64,000 nucleotides of DNA from Lewinellaceae bacterium (GCA_016713985.1 JADJOD010000005.1:40012-104011); one strand, 5' to 3'; shown: positions 30,644-39,811, counted from the stretch's first letter. The notes: a model not told the origin generated them from the sequence alone. A program made the numbers and translations.

Positions 30644-30880
30644 AAGCTGGAAAATGAGCGGGTTTCCCGGCTGCACCTGAATCCTGAGGCAAGCGGGTAC
30701 ACGGATGCCGGCAAAACCCCGTGTGTTTTTATGGCAAGTATAGCTGTTTTAAAGTGAAAGCAAGGCAAATTAAAATCCGGCACTTTCCCTCAAAGTCCGC
30801 AAGGGCCTTATGTCGCGGAAAGCCGTTCCACATAATCAGTAATCTGTTTACTTTGGCGCGTTTTCAGTAAAAAAGCCGCG

Positions 30881-31819
30881 ATGAACGCAAAAGAAACCCT
30901 TACAGAATGGCTGGCAGAAGGCGACCTCGAACGGGTCGTCTCCGGGCTCCGTATCGTTTGCAAAAAATGGGGCGACAAAGACCTGGCCGCAGCGATCAAT
31001 TTTCAATCGGGTCGACATAATGACTTGAAAAACAGCCACTTAAAAGGCTTAGTCAGTCACGCAGACTATTCGATAGAATTGGCCAAAATCCGCCAGTCGC
31101 TCTCCGGCATGGTCGGTAATCTGGCGGAACACTGGACGGCGGAAGGATTGGAAACCGTCCCGAAAACCCGGCTTTCCGAAAGTTCGGCCACACCCCGGCA
31201 GTGGTGGCAGAAATGGGAATATATCCTCGCCACTTTAGCCACGATTGCCGGGGTGACGGGTTACACGTTGAAAGATTTTTTCGGTGGAAATTCCGAAAAA
31301 GGCCGGCCCGTTTCCCTCTCCGTTTTTGCATTTGATGCCAAAAAAGGCAAGCAATACCCGGTTTTGCGCCAGCAAGGCCACATCTGGCTGGACATCAACG
31401 GGGAACGAAAACAGGAGGCCATTGACGACAAAGGCAAGGCCGTTTTTCAAAACCTGCACGTGGGCGACAACATTTTGCTCGAAGTCAACTTTTCCGAACC
31501 CTACCACGCCGTGCGGCCCGATTCGCTTTTTGCCGTACCGGAAAATGGCCGGATTTACCTGCCGGTCGAATTGAAAGGTTTGGACAAAATCGCCGGACGG
31601 CTTATTTCCCGGGATCAGCCTTTGTCCGGGGTCATCGTGTCGCTTGCCGATGTACGCGATACCTCCGACGCGCTGGGCAACTATGAGTTGCGTATCCCCG
31701 AAGCCTTGCAGAAAAAAGAGCAGCAGGTACAGTTTTTTAAACCCGGCTACAACATGCGTATTGAAACCATTCATCCGCAAACGGGGCAGTCGTGGGATTT
31801 TGTACTGGAGAAACAATAA
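30881..31819 (+). CDS. Single-pass membrane protein: helical N-terminal EAD-like adaptor module, TM segment, and C-terminal carboxypeptidase-regulatory-like beta-sandwich
   Basis: The N-terminus is LTEWLAEGDLERVVSGLRIVCKKWGDKDLAAAINFQSGRHNDLKNSHLKGLVSHADYSIELAKIRQSL. From memory this matches the L..L...G.l..a...L....n.l..l..r.n.l.....G.is...y..e..ki pattern of effector-associated domains. The TM segment is WEYILATLATIAGVTGYTL. GNYELRIPEA is typical of CarboxypepD_reg-like folds. Confidence 0.55.
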   Translation: MNAKETLTEWLAEGDLERVVSGLRIVCKKWGDKDLAAAINFQSGRHNDLKNSHLKGLVSHADYSIELAKIRQSLSGMVGNLAEHWTAEGLETVPKTRLSESSATPRQWWQKWEYILATLATIAGVTGYTLKDFFGGNSEKGRPVSLSVFAFDAKKGKQYPVLRQQGHIWLDINGERKQEAIDDKGKAVFQNLHVGDNILLEVNFSEPYHAVRPDSLFAVPENGRIYLPVELKGLDKIAGRLISRDQPLSGVIVSLADVRDTSDALGNYELRIPEALQKKEQQVQFFKPGYNMRIETIHPQTGQSWDFVLEKQ

Positions 31820-31885
31820 GTAAGTAGTATCACGGATTTTCAAACCTGCCGTACTACTTAATCCATTGAATACCAAATTAAAACG

Positions 31886-34800
31886 ATGAAAAACACCAAC
31901 CTCCCCCTTCTTCTTTTTGCCCTCTTTTTTTCATTTCCAACCGGCAACCACGCCCAGCAAAGCACCCTGCACGGCAGCATCGTCGTGCAAAACAGCCAGT
32001 ATGACAAGGGTAAAGTGGAATACGTCCAGTTTGCCGAAGTGGACGAAGGCTCTCAGCCCCGAAAAGGCCACGCGCTCACGGACGCGCAGGGCCAGTGGCG
32101 CATGGAACTGGTAGGCGTTGCGGAGAAAAGCCCCGTATTCCTCAAAATCCGGAAAGAGGGCTACCAGGTGGTGAACACCGACGGCCTGCAAGCAGCAGCA
32201 GCCCAAACCGCCCCCGTGCGCCTCTACATGGCCACCAACAAATACATCACGGATGCCAAACGCCGCTATTACAACACGGGTTACACCGAGGCCGAAAAAA
32301 ACCTGACCAAAAAACTGAACGCCAAAACGGAAGAACTCATCGCGCTGCAAAAACAAACCAACACCGATCAGCAGAAAATCAACGCATTACAGGAAGAAAC
32401 CACCCTGCTGCAAAGCCAGTATGAAAAACTCGACCAATTCGCCCGCGACCTGGCCGACAAGTACGCCCGGATCAACCTCGACGATGCCGGGCCTTTGTAT
32501 CAAGATGCTTTCCGCTTGTTTCAGGCGGGCGACCTGACGGCGCCATGCAACTCTGGCGCAGCGCAAACCTCCAGCGGGCAGGTAACTGATATTCTGGAAG
32601 AGGAAAAACGCCTCGGCGATCTGAAAAAGGAAGTTGCCGAGCGCGACTCGGTAAAAACCCGCCGCAAGGAAGACCTGATGCAGAATCTCCGGTTGAAAGC
32701 GGATGCGCACCGGCTGCGGTTTGAATGGGATAGTGTGGGAGCGACTTATGCAGAGTTGATCCGGCTGGATTCGACGAACTACGACAACCTGATCGGTTAT
32801 ATCAACTTTCTTTCCGAACAACACCAGTATCCTGTGGCCATTAATCTTGCAGAAAAGGCCCTCACATTTATTGAAACCCCGGAAAAGCGCTTTATATTAT
32901 GGCTTGGGCTCAGCACACTATATGCCGGAAAAGAACGGATGCAGCAGTCGGAAAACGCACTGATCGAAACAATGAGCATCGCCCGCAAACTGGCGGAGCA
33001 AAACCCCGAAGTATTCCTGCCTTATTTGGCGGAATCGTTATATTTACTCGGCGATATGTATGTTGACAAAGAACAGCGATCGCAAGCGAAAAAAGCATAC
33101 ACAGAAGCCGCAGATATATACCGGAAACTGGCTCAAATAAACCCCAGGGCGCATACCCTGGATTTGGCTGACGCCATCAGGAACCTCGGAAACTATTATG
33201 GAATAACCAACCAAGCTCAGGAGGCGGAGAACGCTTACAGCGAGTCCGAACGTATTTGCCGAAATTTAGCAGAACGGGAGCCTTCCATCAAGGTCTGGAT
33301 TTATTTGAGCCAAACCCTTAGCAATCTCGGTGATTTTTATTTTCAAAACGATCAGCCGGAAAAAGCGAAAAATGTGTACGCGGAGATCGAAAAGATTTGC
33401 CTTACGATAGCAACGCAAAACCCCGACACAATTATTCCGGGTTTGGGTTACACTTTCATGAGTCTCGGCAACTCTTACTTTGAATGCAAACAAATACCTG
33501 CGGCCGAAAAGGCATACAAGGGAAGCCTTGACATTTATCGCGCCTTAGCCCGGCAAAACCCCAATACTTTTTTGCCCGAACTGGCTGATATTCTGGAATC
33601 TCTCGGCGATACCTATTCCTATGCGTTTTTTGAATCGGAAGACTGGGAAGAGGACCCGAGCATGGCATTGGGAGCCGAACAGGATATGAACCTGGCATTG
33701 GAAGCGGAGAAAGCCTACTCCGAAGCCACGGATATTTACCGCAGGCTGGCGCAGCAAAACCCCGATGCTTTTTTACCTGAATTGGCACAAAGCCTCCATG
33801 ATCTTGGCAGTTGCTACGTCGATCAGGAAAAAGCAGGCGATGCAGAAAAAGTCTATGTGGAAAGCGTGGGTATTTACCGCAAATTGACGGATAAAAACCC
33901 GGAAGTTTTCCTGCCCGGCTTAGTGAGAAGTCTTTCCCGGCTCGCCGGGTTTTACCTGGGTACAAAAAAACCGGAATCTGCCGAAAAAGCCTACACAGAA
34001 TCAATAAACATCTGCCGCAAATTAGCGGATAAAAACCCGGATGTTTTCCTGCCTGTGCTGGCCGAAAACCTGGTTAATCTCGCCGGGTTTTACAACAGGA
34101 TAAAAAAAACGGGCAATGCTGAAAAGACCTATCTGGAAGCGCTCGATGTTTATTCAAAATCGCTGCCCGAAGACCCCGACATGGCGGCAAGGGACTTGTC
34201 TGAAATCGGCGAATTTTTCCTATACACAGATTCCAAAAATGCAGAAAAATCTTTCCTGAAAGCGTTGGATTTTTACCGGGCTTTGGCGGCACAAAATCCT
34301 GAAGAGTATACGAGTGATATTGCTTCAATACTCATCCAACTGGAAAGTATCTATATCGCTGACGGGAAGCCGGAAAATGCCAAAAAAGTCCATGCAGAGG
34401 CCCTAAATATCAGTCAGGCCTTGGGCGAGCAAAGCCTCCGGGACCTTCAGAAAGACCTGATCAGAACATTAAAAGACGCTGGCAAACACTACATGTCCGC
34501 ACAGGAATGGGAAAAAACCCTCAATTGTTACGGTGAAGTAATGGTGATCTGTCATTCCAATGCAAAAACCAGCGACCTTTCAGATGATTATTTTTTGAAT
34601 TGGCAGTCCATGACCATTAAAATCCGTGTGCTGAAAGATTCCACCGTAAAACGCCAGCAATACGATATCGCCATCCGCGCTACCCGCCTCCTTGCAGAAA
34701 GTACGGAAAAAATGCAACGTATTAGTCCTCAACTAAATACACTGCTCTATTACGGTTCCCTGTCCTGGTACTACCTCTTCACCCGCCAATACCCCGACGC

Positions 34801-35050
34801 CGTCAAAGCCGCAGAAAAAACCCTTTCACTCGATGTTACGCAAAACTGGGCGCGCATCAACCTCGGCCATGCCTGGCTCTTTCAGGGCCGGTGGGATAAA
34901 GCGCAACAGGTCTATCAAGAGTACCTGAAAAATGAAACAAATCCGGCTGCCGCCAAAAATGCATTGATCAAAGACTGGGACGACCTGGAAAAGGCCGGAG
35001 TGACCCATGCGGATATGGCAAAAGCAAGGGAGTGGCTGAACCGGAATTAA
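31886..35050 (+). CDS. Secreted 1054-aa protein: CarboxypepD_reg-like N-domain, coiled coil, and about 12 or more TPR (TPR_12-like) repeats
   Basis: The signal peptide is MKNTNLPLLLFALFFSFPTGNHAQQ. A coiled coil follows (KLNAKTEELIALQKQTNTDQQKINALQEETTLLQSQYEKL). A repeating unit AEKAY.E...IYR.LA..NP..FLP.LA..L..LG..Y recurs. A short segment at about 32537-32580 (AGDLTAPCNSGAAQTSSGQV) reads more naturally in another frame (LDGAMQLWRSANLQR), which may indicate a pair of compensating indels. Confidence 0.8.
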   Translation: MKNTNLPLLLFALFFSFPTGNHAQQSTLHGSIVVQNSQYDKGKVEYVQFAEVDEGSQPRKGHALTDAQGQWRMELVGVAEKSPVFLKIRKEGYQVVNTDGLQAAAAQTAPVRLYMATNKYITDAKRRYYNTGYTEAEKNLTKKLNAKTEELIALQKQTNTDQQKINALQEETTLLQSQYEKLDQFARDLADKYARINLDDAGPLYQDAFRLFQAGDLTAPCNSGAAQTSSGQVTDILEEEKRLGDLKKEVAERDSVKTRRKEDLMQNLRLKADAHRLRFEWDSVGATYAELIRLDSTNYDNLIGYINFLSEQHQYPVAINLAEKALTFIETPEKRFILWLGLSTLYAGKERMQQSENALIETMSIARKLAEQNPEVFLPYLAESLYLLGDMYVDKEQRSQAKKAYTEAADIYRKLAQINPRAHTLDLADAIRNLGNYYGITNQAQEAENAYSESERICRNLAEREPSIKVWIYLSQTLSNLGDFYFQNDQPEKAKNVYAEIEKICLTIATQNPDTIIPGLGYTFMSLGNSYFECKQIPAAEKAYKGSLDIYRALARQNPNTFLPELADILESLGDTYSYAFFESEDWEEDPSMALGAEQDMNLALEAEKAYSEATDIYRRLAQQNPDAFLPELAQSLHDLGSCYVDQEKAGDAEKVYVESVGIYRKLTDKNPEVFLPGLVRSLSRLAGFYLGTKKPESAEKAYTESINICRKLADKNPDVFLPVLAENLVNLAGFYNRIKKTGNAEKTYLEALDVYSKSLPEDPDMAARDLSEIGEFFLYTDSKNAEKSFLKALDFYRALAAQNPEEYTSDIASILIQLESIYIADGKPENAKKVHAEALNISQALGEQSLRDLQKDLIRTLKDAGKHYMSAQEWEKTLNCYGEVMVICHSNAKTSDLSDDYFLNWQSMTIKIRVLKDSTVKRQQYDIAIRATRLLAESTEKMQRISPQLNTLLYYGSLSWYYLFTRQYPDAVKAAEKTLSLDVTQNWARINLGHAWLFQGRWDKAQQVYQEYLKNETNPAAAKNALIKDWDDLEKAGVTHADMAKAREWLNRN

Positions 35051-35098
35051 GGTGTTTGACCAGCCGGGAATAGCCCCTTGTTTACAGAAAATAAGTAC

Positions 35099-35175
35099 GT
35101 GGACAACATTAATGATACTAGTTTTCTTCCGAACATTCTGAGAATGAATCATCCGGACGGAAAAGATTTCCGTCC
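35099..35175. repeat. Copy 2 of the ~78-bp intergenic repeat, inverted relative to copy 1
   Basis: The sequence is gtggacaacattaatgatactagttttcttccgaacattctgagaatgaatcatccggacggaaaagatttccgtcc. It contains the ggacgga...tccgtcc hairpin and the cattctgagaatg palindrome. Confidence 0.85.
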
Positions 35176-35381
35176 TTTGACTTAAGGTTTTTTGAGGTGT
35201 CATCTGCCGAGGCACGAGGCAGGTGGCACCTCAAAAAACGGGCTTCGTTCCTGCAAAAACAGAGATTACACCTCCTCCTGCGTCGGAGATGTCACCTCCA
35301 TTTTCGCTAAATTCAATGACATTGACCTTTCGGGGTCGTGCAAAACAATCTTGTTTCCCAGTCCAGCACATTTTTCCATCT

Positions 35382-36695
35382 ATGCCCATCGCTATTGTTT
35401 TTACCGGAGTCCTGTTGCTGTTGCTGCTCATCACCGTCGGCAAACTCAACGCCTTTATCGCTTTTATCTTAGTGGCCTTGTTTGTGGGTGTGGCGCAGGG
35501 CCTGCCGGTACTCGGCGTGGTGGGCGCCATTCAAAAAGGTATCGGAGATACGCTCAGTTCACTCGTGATGATCCTCGGGTTCGGGGCCATGCTGGGAAAA
35601 TTGGTGGCCGACAGCGGCGCCGCCCAACACATTACGCAGCGACTGGTCGCTGCATTCGGCCTGAAATACGTACACTGGACCCTGATGTTTACCGGCCTGA
35701 TCGTCGGTATCCCGATGTTTTACAACGTCGGCTTTGTGATCATGGTGCCGCTGGTTTTTACCGTTGCCGCTTCCACGGGCCTGCCGCTGCTGTACGTGGG
35801 GCTTCCGATGCTGGCTTCCCTGTCGGTTACCCACGGGTTTCTGCCACCCCACCCTTCCCCGACGGCGATCGCCGGCATGTTTAAAGCGGACATGGGAAAA
35901 ACCTTGTTGCTGGGGCTGGTTTTATCCATTCCAACTGCCGCGCTGGTGGTGCCGGTATTTTCAAAACGATCGAAAAAATACGACGCGAAACCCAGGGACG
36001 TGTTTAAGGTGGACCTGATACCCGGGGACCAACTGCCGTCATTGGGCATCAGTTTGTTCGCGGCGCTGCTGCCCGTTCTCCTGATCGGAATATCGGCGCT
36101 GGTGCGGATTTTTACCGGGGAGCAGGATTGGATCAGAAAAGTTGCGGACATCGCCGGCGACCCGGTGCTGGCCATGTTGATTTCGGTCCTGGCGGCCATT
36201 TATTTTCTGGGCGTCCGGCGCGGGAAAAAGATGCAGGATATCACGGATGCACTGTCCGATTCGGTGGCCGGCATCGCGATGGTGCTGCTGGTACTCGGCG
36301 GCGCCGGGGCATTAAAACAGGTTTTGGTGGAAAGTGGCGTCAGCAACTACATCGGCGAACTGATGAAAGCCTCGGATATTTCGCCGCTGGTGCTGGCCTG
36401 GCTCGTTGCCGCCGTGATCCGGGTATGTGTCGGCTCGGCCACCGTAGCCGGCATGACGGCCGCAGGCATCGTGCTGCCGATCGTCAGCCTGGGCGGTGTT
36501 TCGCCGGAACTGATGGTATTGTCCATCGGCGCCGGCAGCATTTTTTTCTCCCATGTCAACGACGGCGGTTTCTGGATGTTCAAGGAATATTTCAACCTTT
36601 CCATCAAGGAGACCCTCGCCACCTGGTCGATGATGGAAACCACGGTTTCCGTAGCCGGCCTGATCGGGGTGCTGGTTCTTGATATTTTTGTTTAA
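35382..36695 (+). CDS. GntP family permease (gluconate/D-serine DsdX-like transporter)
   Basis: MPIAIVFTGVLLLLLLITVGKLNAFIAFILVALFVGVAQG...GIGDTLSSLVMILGFGAMLGKLVADSGAAQ is a GntP-type N-terminus, and the protein is polytopic. The upstream ORF extension from 35223 has no coding character. Confidence 0.8.
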   Translation: MPIAIVFTGVLLLLLLITVGKLNAFIAFILVALFVGVAQGLPVLGVVGAIQKGIGDTLSSLVMILGFGAMLGKLVADSGAAQHITQRLVAAFGLKYVHWTLMFTGLIVGIPMFYNVGFVIMVPLVFTVAASTGLPLLYVGLPMLASLSVTHGFLPPHPSPTAIAGMFKADMGKTLLLGLVLSIPTAALVVPVFSKRSKKYDAKPRDVFKVDLIPGDQLPSLGISLFAALLPVLLIGISALVRIFTGEQDWIRKVADIAGDPVLAMLISVLAAIYFLGVRRGKKMQDITDALSDSVAGIAMVLLVLGGAGALKQVLVESGVSNYIGELMKASDISPLVLAWLVAAVIRVCVGSATVAGMTAAGIVLPIVSLGGVSPELMVLSIGAGSIFFSHVNDGGFWMFKEYFNLSIKETLATWSMMETTVSVAGLIGVLVLDIFV

Positions 36696-36803
36696 TCGAT
36701 TTGTAAATATGACACTGAAGGAATTTGCTGACTTACAGCAATTTACAGTCCAAACACCCCTTCAGAGTCTCGCTACCACCTGACAGGCAAAACATTCATT
36801 CCC

Positions 36804-37259
36804 ATGATAGAATCACAATTGAAAAAACTGGACCTCGAACTGCCGGCGCCTCCACCCCTCGGCGGCATTTACCATCCGGTGGTCATCACAGGCAATATGT
36901 TGTACGTATCGGGCCAGGCGCCGAGACGCACGGACGGGTCGCTGATCACCGGCGTGGTGGGCAAGGATCTGAGCATGGAAGAAGCAAAGGCGGCGGCCCG
37001 CCAAACCGGGCTCACCATGCTGGCCACCATCCGTTCACAAATCGGCGACCTCGACCGGATCAAACGCCTGATCAAAACGCTCGGCATGGTCAATTGTGAG
37101 CAGGGATTCACTAATCAGCCCCAGGTAATCAACGGCTTCAGCGAACTGTGGGTGGAACTGCTCGGGGAAGAAAACGGCAAGGGCGCGCGGAGTGCCGTGG
37201 GAATGATCCTGCCCGGAAATATCGCCGTTGAGATTGAAGCAATTTTTGAATTGCACTAA
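36804..37259 (+). CDS. RidA (YjgF/UK114) family reactive-intermediate deaminase
   Basis: 151 aa. It has GNMLYVSGQAP...G and a C-terminal ARSAVGMILPGNIAVEIEAIFEL, typical of the RidA fold. Confidence 0.8.
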   Translation: MIESQLKKLDLELPAPPPLGGIYHPVVITGNMLYVSGQAPRRTDGSLITGVVGKDLSMEEAKAAARQTGLTMLATIRSQIGDLDRIKRLIKTLGMVNCEQGFTNQPQVINGFSELWVELLGEENGKGARSAVGMILPGNIAVEIEAIFELH

Positions 37260-37341
37260 GCAGGATGGCAAAACGGATGGCACGGACGAACCGGATAAAA
37301 ATCCGTTCAAATCAGCAAAATCCGATTTATCCGTTTGCCAT

Positions 37342-37431
37342 CCTGTCAATCCTGTCAATCCTGTCAATCCTGTCAATCCTGTAAATCCTGTCAATCCTGT
37401 CAATCCTGTCAATCCTGTCAATCCTGTCTAT
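37342..37431 (+). repeat. Tandem repeat, 10 x 9 bp (cctgtcaat; unit 5 is cctgtaaat, unit 10 is cctgtctat), directly upstream of the D-TA family gene
   Basis: Counted unit by unit from the sequence. The array ends 15 nt before the ATG at 37446. It is preceded by an imperfect hairpin, ggatggcaaaacggat (from about 37263) paired with atccgtttgccatcc (to about 37342). Confidence 0.95.
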
Positions 37432-37445
37432 TTTTAAAACAACAC

Positions 37446-38555
37446 ATGTCCCCCAACTGGTACACCATCACAAACGAAGCCACGGTCGAATCGCCTGCCA
37501 TTCTCCTCTTCCCCGACCGTATCCGGGAAAATATCCGGCGGATGATCGCCATTGCCGGCAGCGCCGGTCGCCTGCGCCCGCACGTCAAAACCCACAAACT
37601 GCCCCAGGTGATCCGGATGCAGACGGACGCCGGGATCACCCGATTCAAATGCGCCACCCTGAGTGAAGCCGAAATGGTGGCGGCAAATGGCGGCAAGGAT
37701 ATTTTAATGGCTTATCCCCTGTACGGCCCGGCCCTCGACCGCCTGTTCCGGTTGATGAAAAATTACCCGGAAGTCCGGTTTTCTGTGCTGATTGACAATG
37801 AATTACAGGCCCGAAACATCGCCCGGCAAGCCGAATCCGCCCAACAAACGCCCGGCGTTTTTATCGACCTCAACGTGGGTATGAACCGGACCGGTATCCC
37901 GCCCGGCCCGGAAGCCCTCGCCTTGTACCGTTTTATTAAAAACAATCCTTTTTTGCACCTGCGCGGGTTGCACGCCTACGACGGCCACCTGCACCAGGCA
38001 GACCGGGTGGAACGGGAAAGGTTTTGCGACGCCGGTTTCGAAGCCGTCGACGCCATGCTCGCCGTGCTGGAAAAGGAAGGTCTGCGCCCCGAAGAACTGG
38101 TCTGCGGCGGAACCCCCACGTTTCCCATCCACGCCCAACACCCGGAACGCACCCTGAGCCCCGGCACCATTTTGTTGTGGGACTGGGGGTATTCGTCCAA
38201 ATTCCAGGACCTGGATTTCCAACACGCGGCGGTGCTTCTGTGCCGGGTGGTCAGCAAACCCGGCCCCGGCATACTCTGCCTCGACCTCGGCCACAAAGCC
38301 GTCGCCTCGGAAATGACGCCGCCTCGCGTACATTTTATGGATATTCCGGATTACACACACCTCGGCCACAGCGAAGAACACCTCGTGATCACCTTCGACG
38401 GTGCGGACCGTTTTAATCCGGGAGATTGCCTCTACGGTATTCCCACTCATATTTGCCCCACAATGGCCCTGCACGATGCCGTGTGGGCGGTTTCGGGCCA
38501 TCGAGCGGTAGAAAAATGGAGCGTTACGGCGCGAACAAGGGAAGTAATATCCTGA
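37446..38555 (+). CDS. D-TA family PLP-dependent enzyme (D-serine dehydratase DSD1-like / D-threonine aldolase-like, alanine racemase N-terminal fold)
   Basis: RLRPHVKTHKLPQV carries the PLP-lysine motif H.KTHK. FKCATLSEAEMVA is present, and the C-terminus has GHSEEHLVI...GDCLYGIPTHICPT. The ORF-track start at 37335 translates the tandem repeat (CQSCQSCQ...). Confidence 0.8.
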   Translation: MSPNWYTITNEATVESPAILLFPDRIRENIRRMIAIAGSAGRLRPHVKTHKLPQVIRMQTDAGITRFKCATLSEAEMVAANGGKDILMAYPLYGPALDRLFRLMKNYPEVRFSVLIDNELQARNIARQAESAQQTPGVFIDLNVGMNRTGIPPGPEALALYRFIKNNPFLHLRGLHAYDGHLHQADRVERERFCDAGFEAVDAMLAVLEKEGLRPEELVCGGTPTFPIHAQHPERTLSPGTILLWDWGYSSKFQDLDFQHAAVLLCRVVSKPGPGILCLDLGHKAVASEMTPPRVHFMDIPDYTHLGHSEEHLVITFDGADRFNPGDCLYGIPTHICPTMALHDAVWAVSGHRAVEKWSVTARTREVIS

Positions 38556-38679
38556 TATTCAACAATCTTCTCCACAATACTCAGTGCAGACACATTAAAT
38601 TTTATAACCGGGAAGTGACAGGAGCAAAATATCGTCCTTTTTTTTAAAAAAAACAAAAAGTTTTAAATGTAATTTTAAT

Positions 38680-38687
38680 TATCTTTG
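38680..38687 (+). promoter_or_regulatory. Candidate Bacteroidota -7 promoter box (TAnnTTTG) for the TcmP/DUF5131 cassette
   Basis: TATCTTTG lies 24 nt upstream of the ATG at 38711, in a very AT-rich leader. Confidence 0.45.
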
Positions 38688-38710
38688 TCTCAACAAAATA
38701 CGACCCAATC

Positions 38711-39811
38711 ATGAGTAAAAATCTTCATGAAAAGCCTTTTGATGAAACCACCATCGCCAAGTTGGAAATCTTTGAAGATTATGCCCAAGCATGGATACCG
38801 GCCTTCGTTATGTGGGGCGAACCTGTGATTTGTATTTTTGATTTTTTTGCCGGAACAGGCTTTGACAAAAACGGTGTACCCGGCAGCCCAATTCGTATTT
38901 TGAAAAAAACAAAAGAACAGATTGGGCATATTTTCCAGAAAAAGGTTCAATTGAAAGTATTTTTCAATGAATTCGATCCAAAGAAATGTGAACAGCTTTC
39001 CAGGTCTTGTGACGATTTTCTCAAAACCCACTCTGATGTACGTCGCGCTATTGAACTCAAAATCTCCAATGAGGATTTCGATGTTTGCTTTGAAAGATTG
39101 CTACCCACCATCAAAGCACACTCAAGTCTTGTTTATCTTGACCAAAATGGGATCCGTTTTTTGGCCGATAAGTATCTTCTCGAACTTGAAAAAACGACTC
39201 GCACTGATTTTCTTTACTTTGTATCATCCTCTTATTTTTGGCGATTTGGTGAAAAGGAAGAATTTAAATCTCATGTAATTCTTGATATGGAAGAAGCGAA
39301 GAAAAATCCTTACCAATTCATTCACCGCAGTCTGATTACCCAACTTCGGACGAAGTTGCCTTTGGACTCCAAACTCAAACTTTATCCGTTTTCGCTGAAA
39401 AAAGGAGCTAATATTCACGGCATTATTTTCGGCGCTTCGCACCCGCGTGCAGCGGAAAAATTTTTAAGCATTGCTTGGAAGCGCAACGAGATAAACGGGG
39501 AGGCAAACTTTGATATTGACGAAGACCATAAAAAAAACCAACTCAACTTTTTTGAACCACCTCAGCTCAAAAAAATCGCATCATTTCAGCAACGCCTGCG
39601 GGAAAAAATACTGAGCGGAAGCATTTCCAACAATTTTGAAGCATTCAATTTCGCATTAGGGGAGGCTTATCTTGGCAGCCATGCTGCTGAGGAACTGAAA
39701 AAGATGAAAAAAGAAAAATTGATTGATTATGATGGCCTTTCCCCATTGGTGACTTACGTAAATGTATATCAAAAGGAGAGACTGGTAACCTTCAAACTTG
39801 TGAAAAAATGA
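38711..39811 (+). CDS. tcmP: Three-Cys-motif partner protein (TcmP family)
   Basis: 366 aa. The sequence reads ...KLEIFEDYAQAWIPAFV...ICIFDFFAGTGFDKNG...LVYLDQNGIRF. I recall this family mainly from its obligate pairing with a Gp37/Gp68 (DUF5131) gene, which overlaps it here by 4 nt. FDFFAGTG resembles a Rossmann/SAM motif I. Confidence 0.6.
   Translation: MSKNLHEKPFDETTIAKLEIFEDYAQAWIPAFVMWGEPVICIFDFFAGTGFDKNGVPGSPIRILKKTKEQIGHIFQKKVQLKVFFNEFDPKKCEQLSRSCDDFLKTHSDVRRAIELKISNEDFDVCFERLLPTIKAHSSLVYLDQNGIRFLADKYLLELEKTTRTDFLYFVSSSYFWRFGEKEEFKSHVILDMEEAKKNPYQFIHRSLITQLRTKLPLDSKLKLYPFSLKKGANIHGIIFGASHPRAAEKFLSIAWKRNEINGEANFDIDEDHKKNQLNFFEPPQLKKIASFQQRLREKILSGSISNNFEAFNFALGEAYLGSHAAEELKKMKKEKLIDYDGLSPLVTYVNVYQKERLVTFKLVKK

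Noticed and set aside
37335-37445. N-terminal extension MPSCQSCQSCQSC... of the D-TA family gene
   Set aside because: It is simply the in-frame translation of the 9-bp tandem repeat. Homology to D-TA/DSD1 enzymes starts after the ATG at 37446.
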